DNA of 32,000 nucleotides from NCBI GenBank assembly GCA_963840045.1, contig CAWIXL010000027.1:146888-178887 (forward strand), read 5' to 3'. A program made the translations under genes and the position numbers. Positions 17,552-27,063 of this stretch are shown piece by piece. This DNA is from an uncultured Actinomycetota bacterium. GTDB lineage: Bacteria > Actinomycetota > Actinomycetes > Mycobacteriales > Mycobacteriaceae. Position 1 is the first letter of the stretch. Each line of letters starts with the position of its first letter. Below the pieces are notes generated by a model. The model saw only the letters and a list, made by a program, of their open reading frames with translations, did not search any database and was not told the DNA's origin.

Positions 17552-19144
17552 TCAGGGGGCCGTGTATTCGTGCAGGTACTGGTCGGTGCCCTCGCTCGTC
17601 GTGACGTAACCCAGCCCGTCGTTATTGAACGCGATCGCCTCACCCTGCTGCTCATTCGGAACCGGCCCCATGACTGGCTTTTGTTCCAACACCGTCGCGA
17701 TGTCCTGGGACGGGTCGCGGTTCCACAGCAGGACGTGGTCGTAAGTGCGGACCGCCACTTCGGTCCCATCCGGTGACACATCGGCGCCGGTCACCAGATT
17801 GCCGCCGCCGGTGCCCAACGGCAGCGTGCCGACGTCCTTGAGTGTCGTGGTACTTCCGCTGGCCAAACCGCCTGGCGCCGCATAGATGTGAGGATTACCG
17901 GCCGACGTCTTGTCGATGATCAGCATTTGACCCGATTTGGGATCGACGATGAACGACTCGGCGTTGTGCGAGCCGTCCGGATATTTCAAGTTGAAGGTGT
18001 CGACCCCAGTCACCGTTGTGGTGGTGGGGTTGCTCGCGGTGCCTGTCACGGTCGGCTCGGGGATCCGGTAGATGGTGACCGAGCTTCGATTCAAGGAGTT
18101 GTCGCCGATATCGGCTACGTAGACATAGGACTTGGTTGGATCGGGTCCGGGTCCGACCTCAATGTCCTCCCAGTCGGATGCATGCGCACCAGAAAGGTTG
18201 TAGGTGCCAAGCGTTGCACCGGTCTTGGAGTCGACCGCAAAGATGCGCGCCGTATCCCCGGAGTCGTTGTGCACCCAATAGACGCCCGGATTCTTGATGC
18301 TCGCGTCAATGCCGGAGATCTCTTTGAGATTGGGGTTGGTCATGGGGCCGACAGTGTTGAGCGTGAGATCTTTGTCGGCGGCCGCGTCAACCGCGTTCTG
18401 CCCCGACGGCGGCGGTCCGGATGACGAGGGCCCCTGACCGTCAGCCCCGGTCGAACCGGCGTGGCCGGACAGTTGGCCGCCGGCACCGCCGGCCCCGCCA
18501 TGTCCGGGATTGAACGCGGACCCGCCGTTGCCCCCGTTACCGCCGTTACCGACCAAACCGGCGCTGCCGCCTTTGCCGCCCGCCCCACCGGTGCCGCTGG
18601 TCATCGAGGCGTCGCCACCCTTACCGCCGTTACCGCCGTTACCGATCAGCCCGGCCGCGCCGCCGTCGCCGCCGGCCTGCCCCGATCCGCCGGATCCGCC
18701 GTTGCCGCCATTGCCGTACAACAAGCCGCCAGGCTGGCCGGCCTGACCGGTTCCAGCGGTGCCGTCGGCGCCGTTCCCGATCAGCGGGCGGTGCAACAGC
18801 GCCTGGGTGGGCGCGTTGATCACGCCGAGCACGTCTTGCTCGACGGTCTGCAATGGCGAGACGTTGGCCGCTTCGGCGGACGCATACGACCCGGCGCCTG
18901 AGGTCAACAGCTCCATGAACTGATCGTGAAACGTCGCCGCCTGTGCACTGATTGCCTGAAAAGCCTTGCCATGTCCGGAAAACAGCGCCGCGATGGCCGC
19001 CGACACTTCGTCACCCGCGGCGGCCAGTAAGCCCGTCGTCGAGCCGGCAGCTGCGGTGTTGGCCTCACTCAGTGTCGAGCCGATATCCGCCAGATCCGAT
19101 GCCGCGGCCGTCAACAACTCAGGGACCGTCACCAGATACGACAC
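17552..19144 (-). CDS. PE-PGRS family protein with a ~290-aa non-repetitive C-terminal domain
   Basis: PE domain: [63 protein letters not shown].... Next is the linker ...[22 protein letters not shown], then GGxGG-type PGRS repeats to about aa 235. The globular tail reads ...EISGIDAS...[10 protein letters not shown]...DWEDIEVG...[10 protein letters not shown]... Confidence 0.9.
   Translation of the reverse strand: MSYLVTVPELLTAAASDLADIGSTLSEANTAAAGSTTGLLAAAGDEVSAAIAALFSGHGKAFQAISAQAATFHDQFMELLTSGAGSYASAEAANVSPLQTVEQDVLGVINAPTQALLHRPLIGNGADGTAGTGQAGQPGGLLYGNGGNGGSGGSGQAGGDGGAAGLIGNGGNGGKGGDASMTSGTGGAGGKGGSAGLVGNGGNGGNGGSAFNPGHGGAGGAGGQLSGHAGSTGADGQGPSSSGPPPSGQNAVDAAADKDLTLNTVGPMTNPNLKEISGIDASIKNPGVYWVHNDSGDTARIFAVDSKTGATLGTYNLSGAHASDWEDIEVGPGPDPTKSYVYVADIGDNSLNRSSVTIYRIPEPTVTGTASNPTTTTVTGVDTFNLKYPDGSHNAESFIVDPKSGQMLIIDKTSAGNPHIYAAPGGLASGSTTTLKDVGTLPLGTGGGNLVTGADVSPDGTEVAVRTYDHVLLWNRDPSQDIATVLEQKPVMGPVPNEQQGEAIAFNNDGLGYVTTSEGTDQYLHEYTAP
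18427..18808 (-). repeat. PGRS (polymorphic GC-rich repetitive sequence) coding repeats
   Basis: Runs of GGC/GGN codons encode [34 protein letters not shown].... The opposite strand gives the spurious [11 protein letters not shown] 18510..18746. Confidence 0.8.
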
Positions 19145-19177
19145 ATTGGTGTCCTTTCACTCACCCGGCCTCGGGTC

Positions 19178-19223
19178 ATATAATCAATCGCTTGATAGTA
19201 TCTTTGGGCTGATCATTTTCAAG
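19178..19223. promoter_or_regulatory. Promoter/operator module, copy 1 (perfect TATAAT on the plus strand plus a conserved downstream box)
   Basis: ATATAATCAATCGCTTGATAGTATC (19178-19202) matches 25511-25535 at 22 of 25 positions. TATAAT lies at 19179-19184, about 105 nt upstream of the ADH start and about 35 nt upstream of the divergent PE-PGRS start. GATCATTTTCAAG follows at 19211-19223. Confidence 0.5.
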
Positions 19224-19290
19224 CCCCAGTTTCCGGCGTGCGGTTACGGTGGCCAGGACAGAGCAGGCCCGGACAGGGAGGGAAGCGTCG

Positions 19291-20448
19291 ATGAGAAGCC
19301 GCGCGGCCATCCTCTACGAGTACGGCCATCCGTGGACCGTCGAGGAGTTCGAACTGGATCCGCCCCGGGCCGGCGAGGTGCTGCTCCGATTGGCCGCCAC
19401 CGGCCTGTGCCACTCCGACGAACACATCCGGCAGGGGCGGCTGGCAGCACCGCCGGAGACCCTGCGCTCGCTCGGGCTGCCGGCCATGTCGCCGACGATC
19501 GGCGGCCACGAAGGATCCGGCGTGGTAGTCGAGGTAGGCGAGGGGGTAGCCCGCTTCGCGCCGGGCGACCATGTGGTGACGTCCTTCGTCGCGGTGTGCG
19601 GGCAGTGCCGATGGTGCGCTTCGGGGATGGAATATCTCTGCGACACCGGGGCTGGGACTCTGGCGCCCGGCATGCCGACCGACGGCACCTTCCGCCATCA
19701 CACCGTCGACGGGCGAAACCTGGGGCACGTCTCCAAGATCGGGGCGTTCGCCGAACACACCGTCGTCTCGGCGGATTCGCTGGTGAAGATCGATCAGCGG
19801 CTCCCACTGGTACCGGCCGCGTTGCTGGCCTGCGCGGTTCCGACGGGATACGGCTCGGCAGCGCGGCGCGCCCAGGTACGCGGCGGCGACACGGTGGTGG
19901 TCATCGGTGCGGGTGGGATCGGCACCGCGGCCATTCAGGGCGCGCGGATCAGCGGCGCGGCCCGTATCGTCGCGGTCGACCCAGTCGAGTTCAAGCGGTT
20001 GTCCGCGCCGACTTTCGGCGCCACCCACACCGCGGCGACGGCTCCCGAGGCGGTCGAGCTGGTGCGTGAACTGACCCGCGGCGTGATGGCGGACGCGGTC
20101 GTCGTCTCCCCCGCGATGATTGGCGAGGCCGATGTCGGGGCGGCGCTGGCGCTTACCCGCAAAGGCGGGACCTGTGTACTTACCGGTCTGCCCGCGCCGA
20201 ACACGAACTCGATCGCGGTCCAGTTGCAGGACTTCATACTGATGAATAAGACGTTGTGCGGCACCATGTTTGGCTCCTGCAATCCCAAGAGCGATATCCC
20301 GCTGCTGGCCACACTGTACGAGTCCGGTCAACTGCTGCTCGACGAAATGATCACCAAGCGCTACGGACTCGATGCAATCAACGACGCCTACGCCGACCAG
20401 GCTGCCGGCGAACTGATCCGCGGTGTCATCGACTTCGGCCTGGAGTAA
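19291..20448 (+). CDS. Zinc-dependent alcohol dehydrogenase (NDMA-dependent / class-III-like type)
   Basis: 385 aa with CHSDEH, GHEGSGVVVEVG, the structural-zinc loop CGQCRWCASGMEYLC, and Rossmann motif VIGAGGIGTAAI. ATG 19291 is preceded by GGGAGGGAAG. Confidence 0.85.
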   Translation: MRSRAAILYEYGHPWTVEEFELDPPRAGEVLLRLAATGLCHSDEHIRQGRLAAPPETLRSLGLPAMSPTIGGHEGSGVVVEVGEGVARFAPGDHVVTSFVAVCGQCRWCASGMEYLCDTGAGTLAPGMPTDGTFRHHTVDGRNLGHVSKIGAFAEHTVVSADSLVKIDQRLPLVPAALLACAVPTGYGSAARRAQVRGGDTVVVIGAGGIGTAAIQGARISGAARIVAVDPVEFKRLSAPTFGATHTAATAPEAVELVRELTRGVMADAVVVSPAMIGEADVGAALALTRKGGTCVLTGLPAPNTNSIAVQLQDFILMNKTLCGTMFGSCNPKSDIPLLATLYESGQLLLDEMITKRYGLDAINDAYADQAAGELIRGVIDFGLE

Positions 20449-20550
20449 TCAGCGGCCATCCGCGCGCATGTCGGCGCGACCCAAGCAGAATCGGTGTGGC
20501 TACTTCCTCATGCGCGGCCCTATCGTGAATCTCCTAAAAGAGGAGCGGGG

Positions 20551-21378
20551 ATGCGGTTCGCAACGGCTACGCAACCGGCCGGCGCCCGCGGTCAACCGTG
20601 GCCGCGGGTGGTGGGCGCGATAGCCCTTGCGGTGCTCGGGGCCTGCGGGCTGATCGTGCTGGTGGTCCCGCCGCGAGGAAGGCCGGCGACAAGCCTGGTT
20701 TCGCGCTCCAACTGGGTACTTGCGGGTGCCCTGCCCGCCAGCCACGACTTCCCCGCCGACTGGGGCTACAGTCTTTACGCGCCGTTGCGGCGCACCCCCG
20801 TATCGGACAACTACTTAGCCACTGACTGGCGACCAGGGGTTCCGAGAATGCACTACGGAACGGCCGCTTGCGCAGCCATTCCGAAAATCCTGGACCACTC
20901 CGGCGAGGGTGTCGGCCCTCGCCTGAGCGTCGACCGCTCCACCCAGCTCTGGGCGCAGGAGCCCGGATTGATGGATGACGACGCGACTGGGCAGCGCGGT
21001 GAGTCCGGACCCAATGCCAGCTTGGCGATCTGGGTCGATACCGACGGCCCGGCGCGGATCGCGAATTACGTTGACTGGCTGGGCCACTGCGGCTCCTACC
21101 AGGTCACCAACTACAACCAGGACGGCAGCATCAAGAACAAGCGCATCGTCAACACGGCAGTGGAAGGGCGCGCGGTCAACGGCCCCGGAGCGTCCGTCAC
21201 CGTGACCCGAACGTTCACCACGCCCGATGGCCGCACAGCGCCGATGACCTACCACGTCAGTTATTACGCGGTGCGCGGCGTCATCTTGGAATGCTCGATC
21301 TACGACGTGACCGGCGCCGATAGCGAGCTGGTTCAGCGAGGGGCTGCCCAAACACTACAAAGGCTGCGTGCGTTATGA
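20551..21378 (+). CDS. Hypothetical membrane-anchored/exported protein
   Basis: ATG 20551 follows GAGGAGCGGGG. The N-terminal TM is VVGAIALAVLGACGLIVLVV, followed by a ~230-aa soluble domain with conserved Cys residues. The stop overlaps the next start (ATGA at 21375-21378). Confidence 0.6.
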   Translation: MRFATATQPAGARGQPWPRVVGAIALAVLGACGLIVLVVPPRGRPATSLVSRSNWVLAGALPASHDFPADWGYSLYAPLRRTPVSDNYLATDWRPGVPRMHYGTAACAAIPKILDHSGEGVGPRLSVDRSTQLWAQEPGLMDDDATGQRGESGPNASLAIWVDTDGPARIANYVDWLGHCGSYQVTNYNQDGSIKNKRIVNTAVEGRAVNGPGASVTVTRTFTTPDGRTAPMTYHVSYYAVRGVILECSIYDVTGADSELVQRGAAQTLQRLRAL

Positions 21379-22112
21379 GCACCGCTCGACCCAATTCGCG
21401 GTGGCCTTGGCTGATCGGGATCGCCTTGTGCGCCATCACGATCGCTGCGGTGCTGATCGCCGTCCCCACCCGAAGCTGGCACGGCGATGCCCCGCCCACC
21501 CCGGATCCGCTCGCCCCCGGACTGGCTGCGCTCAGCGACCGGCAATTGGCTGACATGCTGCCCAAGCGAGCCGAGTTTCCGGCCTCGTGGACCGTTAAAG
21601 ACGAGCACAGTTACGACTCGTTCGGGTACTTCAGATCCCAACCGTTCCACGATGGTATCGGACCCGAGCCCGCTGAATGCGCGCACCTGGGCGAGCTCGC
21701 GGCTGGGGCCCGCGACACCGCCGAAGTCTCCGGGCTTAACCCCGCCGATCCACCCGACTCCCGTTTCGATCCTCGATCCATCCGCTTGTCGATCGCCCGA
21801 GAGTTCAACCGCGGCGGGTTCGACGCAATGATCGACTTGGTCTCCCGCTGTTCGCGATTCACCTCGGGCGGGGTCCTCATTTACACTGTCCGCGTCCTCG
21901 AAGATTCTCGCCCGGCGAACGCGCCGCAGCGGTTCCGGATCGTGGAAACCCAAGCGGCGGCCAGCGGGAATCCCAGGCTGACACGCACGGAATACTTTTC
22001 GTTCGCGCGCACATCGGCGCTTATCCTGACTGGCTACGCGCGCAACGACAACCAGCAGCTCCTGGACACCCTTTTCGACAGCACGCTGCGCCGAATCGGC
22101 GCTCCTGACTAA
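21375..22112 (+). CDS. Hypothetical membrane-anchored/exported protein, distant paralogue of the upstream gene
   Basis: The N-terminal TM is WPWLIGIALCAITIAAVLIAV. It shares with its neighbour the FPA-x-W motif after the anchor (FPASW versus FPADW) and a C-terminal ...L..TL.R.. helix. ATGA start/stop coupling. Confidence 0.6.
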   Translation: MSTARPNSRWPWLIGIALCAITIAAVLIAVPTRSWHGDAPPTPDPLAPGLAALSDRQLADMLPKRAEFPASWTVKDEHSYDSFGYFRSQPFHDGIGPEPAECAHLGELAAGARDTAEVSGLNPADPPDSRFDPRSIRLSIAREFNRGGFDAMIDLVSRCSRFTSGGVLIYTVRVLEDSRPANAPQRFRIVETQAAASGNPRLTRTEYFSFARTSALILTGYARNDNQQLLDTLFDSTLRRIGAPD

Positions 22113-23679
22113 TCGCCTGCGGCGGCGAGCGCGTCCTGCGAAACTCGAGCGGGACGTTTCGTCACCGGCGCCAAGCCACTGCGATGCAACCAGTCTCGTG
22201 GCCGCACCCGCCAGGTGCGACGTGCGTATTCCAGTTCGGTGTAAGGCCATTGGGTGACAATGCGGCCGGACGGTGACCGGAAGTAGCTGTCGCACTGGGT
22301 CCAGATGCTGCGTTCGAGGTCAGCGGAAAGCGCCTCGTTGTAACGCTTTTCGGCCTCGACGCGGACATCGAGGTAGCCGCCCCGGCGCGCCACCCGGGCG
22401 ACGGCGCTGGCCACCAGGCGAGCGCCGGCCTCGAGGATGTAGACGATCGAGTTGCCGCCCTGGTTGGTGTTGGGGCCGTAAAGCATGAAGAAGTTCGGGA
22501 ATCCGCTGACCGCGACACCCAGGTAGGCGCTGGGGTCAGCGCCCCAGCGGTCGTGCAGGCGCTGCCCTCCGGCGCCGATGACGTCGATGCCCGACAGGTA
22601 GCGCGACGTTTCAAATCCGGTGGCCAGCACGATCGTATCGACGTCCACGACCACACCGGCGGCGGTGACGACCGACGTCTCGGTGATCCGGTCGATGGGG
22701 TCGGTGACCAGATCGACGTTGTCCTGCTGCAACGCCCGGTAGTAGTCGTCGCCCAGCAATACCCGCTTACAGCGGAACGGATAGTCCGGCGTCAACGCGC
22801 GGCGCAGCCGCTCGTCGGGCACGATGCGCTCCAGAAACGAGGTTGCGATCTGGCTGCGGGCGGTCACCACGGGGTCGTCGGCCATCGTCGCGGTGTTGTC
22901 GTGCTGGAATTTCCAGATCTGCCACCGCGTGCGCCGCGCGGCCAGCGGGTCGCGCCGGAATCTGTCCAATTCTGTTGTGCTGTAAGGACGGTCGTCTTTG
23001 GGGACCATCCAGGGCGGGGTGCGCTGCAACACGGTCAGGTGCCGGGCAATTTTTGCCAGCTCGGGCACGACCTGTACCCCGCTGGCGCCGGTGCCTATCA
23101 CCGCCACATTTTTGCCTGTCAGGTCGATGCGGTGATCCCACTGCGCGGTGTGCATCAGGGTGCCGCCGAAATCGGACAGGCCCGCAATGTCGGGGAATTT
23201 CAGCGACCCGAACAAGCCGGCGGCGCACACGACGACGTCTGCGGTCAGGGTCTCGGTGTCGCCCGCGCGGTCCACGCGCAAGTCCCACCGCCAGGTGTCC
23301 TCGTTCCAGCGGACCGTGCGCACCCTGGTGTTCAGCATCAGGTGGCGACGCAGATCGAAGTCGTCGGCGACGGACTCGAGGTAGGCCAGGATCTCGGGTT
23401 GCCGAGCGTAGGTCCGGCTCCAGGATTTGTTGGGCGCGAACGAAAACGAGTACAGGTGACTCTGGATATCGCAGGCGGCACCGGGATAGGTGTTGCGCCG
23501 CCAAGTGCCTCCGACACCGTCGGCGCCCTCGATGATGACCAAATCGTCGATGCCGGCGCGGCGCAGTGCCACCGCCGCGCCCAGCCCGCCGAATCCCGCA
23601 CCGATGATCGCCACCTTCGGTGGCGCCGGACGCCGGGTTACCGCACGCAGCCGGCCGATGAGGTAGCGCCCGCGCGCCT

Positions 23680-23683
<4 letters not shown>
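22109..23683 (-). CDS. Flavin-dependent Baeyer-Villiger-type monooxygenase (EthA/FMO-like), copy 2
   Basis: 524 aa beginning MKARGRYLIG...KVAIIGAGFGGLGAA (FAD GxGxxG), with the BVMO fingerprint FGGTLMHTAQWD and a second Rossmann motif VAVIGTGASGVQ. ATG 23683 overlaps the upstream gene's TGA (ATGA at 23680-23683). Confidence 0.85.
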
Positions 23684-25480
<1,797 letters not shown>

Positions 25481-25510
25481 GGCTCGACTCCGCTCTTAGT
25501 CTGCTTGACT

Positions 25511-25538
25511 ATATAATTAATCGCTTGATCATATCAAG
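25511..25538. promoter_or_regulatory. Promoter/operator module, copy 2, upstream of the BVMO operon
   Basis: ATATAATTAATCGCTTGATCATATCAAG. The plus strand has TATAAT at 25512-25517. The minus strand reads TTGATA-N16/18-TATATA/TATAGT about 30 nt upstream of the BVMO start. The inverted repeat CTTGAT-cat-ATCAAG lies at 25524-25538. Confidence 0.5.
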
Positions 25539-25556
25539 AAGGATCGCCCCGGATGG

Positions 25557-25614
25557 CGAGCAGACGCAAAAGCTCCCGACACGCCGGGCGTGCGGGAGCT
25601 TTTGCGTCTGCTCG
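25557..25614. terminator. Long perfect hairpin (21-22 bp stem) immediately downstream of the TetR-1 stop
   Basis: GAGCAGACGCAAAAGCTCCCG (25558-25578) pairs perfectly with CGGGAGCTTTTGCGTCTGCTC (25593-25613). The 14-nt interior is itself partly palindromic (CACGCC-g-GGCGTG). There is no U-tract on either strand. Confidence 0.6.
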
Positions 25615-25617
25615 GCA

Positions 25618-26253
25618 CTAAGAACGGCCGAACAACGTGCCTCTGACCAGTTCCTTCGCCGAGCCCAGCGCGGCCTGGAAGTCCTCGGGCGGCAAGGTGG
25701 CTGCCAGCTCGGTCAGGCCAAAGATCAGTGCATAAATCGCCTCTACCGTGCCCCGTGGATCCGGGTCATCACCGAGTTCGCCGCGCTGGTGCGCGTCGGC
25801 AACGATGCCCTCGATGATCTTGCGGAACGTTGAAAATCCCGGTTCAACGTCCGGACCCGCGTCCTCGGATGCCCCGGCCGGGGCAAGTTCACGCTCCGCG
25901 CGGATAGCCCACTCGAACGCGGCCATGTCCGGGTACTCACGGATCAACTGACCGCACTCGTCGAGAACGGCTTCTATTCGGTCGACGATATCGCCCGGGC
26001 CTTGCCCGACGTTACGTAGGCGTGGCATCGCGGCGTCCGCTCGGGCCGCGATCGTCGCCTTGATCAGCTCGGACTTGTTCGGAAAGTAGTTGTACAGGCT
26101 GGCGCTGGTCACATTCGCCATGCGGGCGATTTCACGGATTGTCGCTCGGGAGTAGCCCACTTTGGCCACACAGCGCATGGTCGCGATGATGATTCGCTGG
26201 CGGGTCTCCTCGCCGCTGGCGCCGACGGGTCGGCCCAGTTGCGGCCGGGTCAT
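25618..26253 (-). CDS. TetR/AcrR-family transcriptional regulator (TetR-1)
   Basis: 211 aa with the HTH ...TRQRIIIATMRCVAKVGYSRATIREIARMANVTSASLYNYFPNKSELI. Confidence 0.9.
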   Translation of the reverse strand: MTRPQLGRPVGASGEETRQRIIIATMRCVAKVGYSRATIREIARMANVTSASLYNYFPNKSELIKATIAARADAAMPRLRNVGQGPGDIVDRIEAVLDECGQLIREYPDMAAFEWAIRAERELAPAGASEDAGPDVEPGFSTFRKIIEGIVADAHQRGELGDDPDPRGTVEAIYALIFGLTELAATLPPEDFQAALGSAKELVRGTLFGRS

Positions 26254-26322
26254 CCTGATCTTGTTTCCTTCAGAGTGCTATCTCCTCTTAGATGGGTGCC
26301 CGTCGGCGCCGTCATCCGACGA

Positions 26323-26340
26323 AGTCGAATATATTCGACT
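26323..26340. promoter_or_regulatory. Perfect 18-bp palindrome, candidate TetR operator between the divergent TetR genes
   Basis: AGTCGAATATATTCGACT equals its own reverse complement. It is centred in the 121-nt gap between the TetR-1 start (26253, minus) and the TetR-2 start (26375, plus). Confidence 0.55.
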
Positions 26341-26374
26341 GATCAATTACTTCCAGCGTCCGCGGAGGTGCGCG

Positions 26375-27063
26375 GTGAGTGACCGACAGACCGACGGCGG
26401 GCGCCGCGCCGGCATGACAGTCACGTCATCTCCTTCGGGGTCGCATTTAGGCCGCCCGGTCGGCGCCAATGGTGAGCAGACCCGCCGCCGAATCATCGTC
26501 GCGGCAATGCGCTGCGTGGCCGAGGTCGGCTCGGCACAGGCGTCGATCCGCGAGATCGCCAAGGCGGCCAACATGACCAGCGGCAGCCTGTATCACTACT
26601 TTCCGAACAAGTCCGAACTGCTCACAGCGACCGGCGAGGAGATCGAGGAGATCGTCTTGCCCCGGTTGCGTGCCGCCGCCGCGCAGTCCGACGACGTCGT
26701 CGACCGGATCGGTGCGGTGCTGGACGAATCGAAACAGTCTGACGACACGACTATCCCTATCTGGCCGCGTTCTTGCGGGCGATACGCGCCGAGAGCACGG
26801 TCCAGCTGCGGCGCGGTGGCCCGAAATACCCCGGGTCCAAGGCGTTGCGCGACGTCATCACCGAGATCGTCGAGGACGCCCGGGTGCAGGGGTTGCTGAC
26901 CTCCGACAGCAGCGTGACCGCCGCGGCGGAGGCCATCTGTGTGCTGGCGCGTGGTCTGTCGGAGCGCGTTGCCAATCTGTCGCCGGAGGCTTACGACGCC
27001 ACATTGCGGTCGGCCAAACGCATGATCAGGGGAACGTTGTTCGCGCGGTCAAGCCAGCGATGA
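26375..27063 (+). pseudogene. TetR/AcrR-family regulator (TetR-2), paralogue of TetR-1, with one frameshift
   Basis: The N-terminus ...LGRPVGANGEQTRRRIIVAAMRCVAEVGSAQASIREIAKAANMTSGSLYHYFPNKSELL is about 70% identical by eye to TetR-1. After ...VVDRIGAVLDESKQ the sensible reading (RHDYPYLAAFLRAIRAES...RSAKRMIRGTLFARS) continues in the -1 frame, with the switch at about 26738-26745. GTG 26375 lies 6 nt after GGAGG; ATG 26414 is an alternative start. Confidence 0.75.

Noticed and set aside
17541-17560. Tandem TCAGGGGGC TTCAGGGGGC between DUF2252 and PE-PGRS as a regulatory repeat
   Set aside because: This is a 10-nt duplication in an 11-nt convergent gap. The second copy simply contains the PE-PGRS stop codon and last codons, and no hairpin potential is evident.
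18427-18808. Repetitive GC-rich DNA as a non-coding satellite or CRISPR-like array
   Set aside because: It is the in-frame Gly-Gly-X coding repeat of the PE-PGRS gene.
18966-20331. ORFs 18966..20069(+), 19219..20331(-) and 19244..19807(-)
   Set aside because: They overlap the well-supported PE-PGRS and Zn-ADH genes in other frames or on the other strand and have Arg-rich nonsense composition.
21333-22295. 320-aa ORF on the minus strand
   Set aside because: It is antisense to the membrane-anchored hypothetical gene 21375..22112 and runs into the BVMO-2 3' end. It has no start context and Arg-rich composition.
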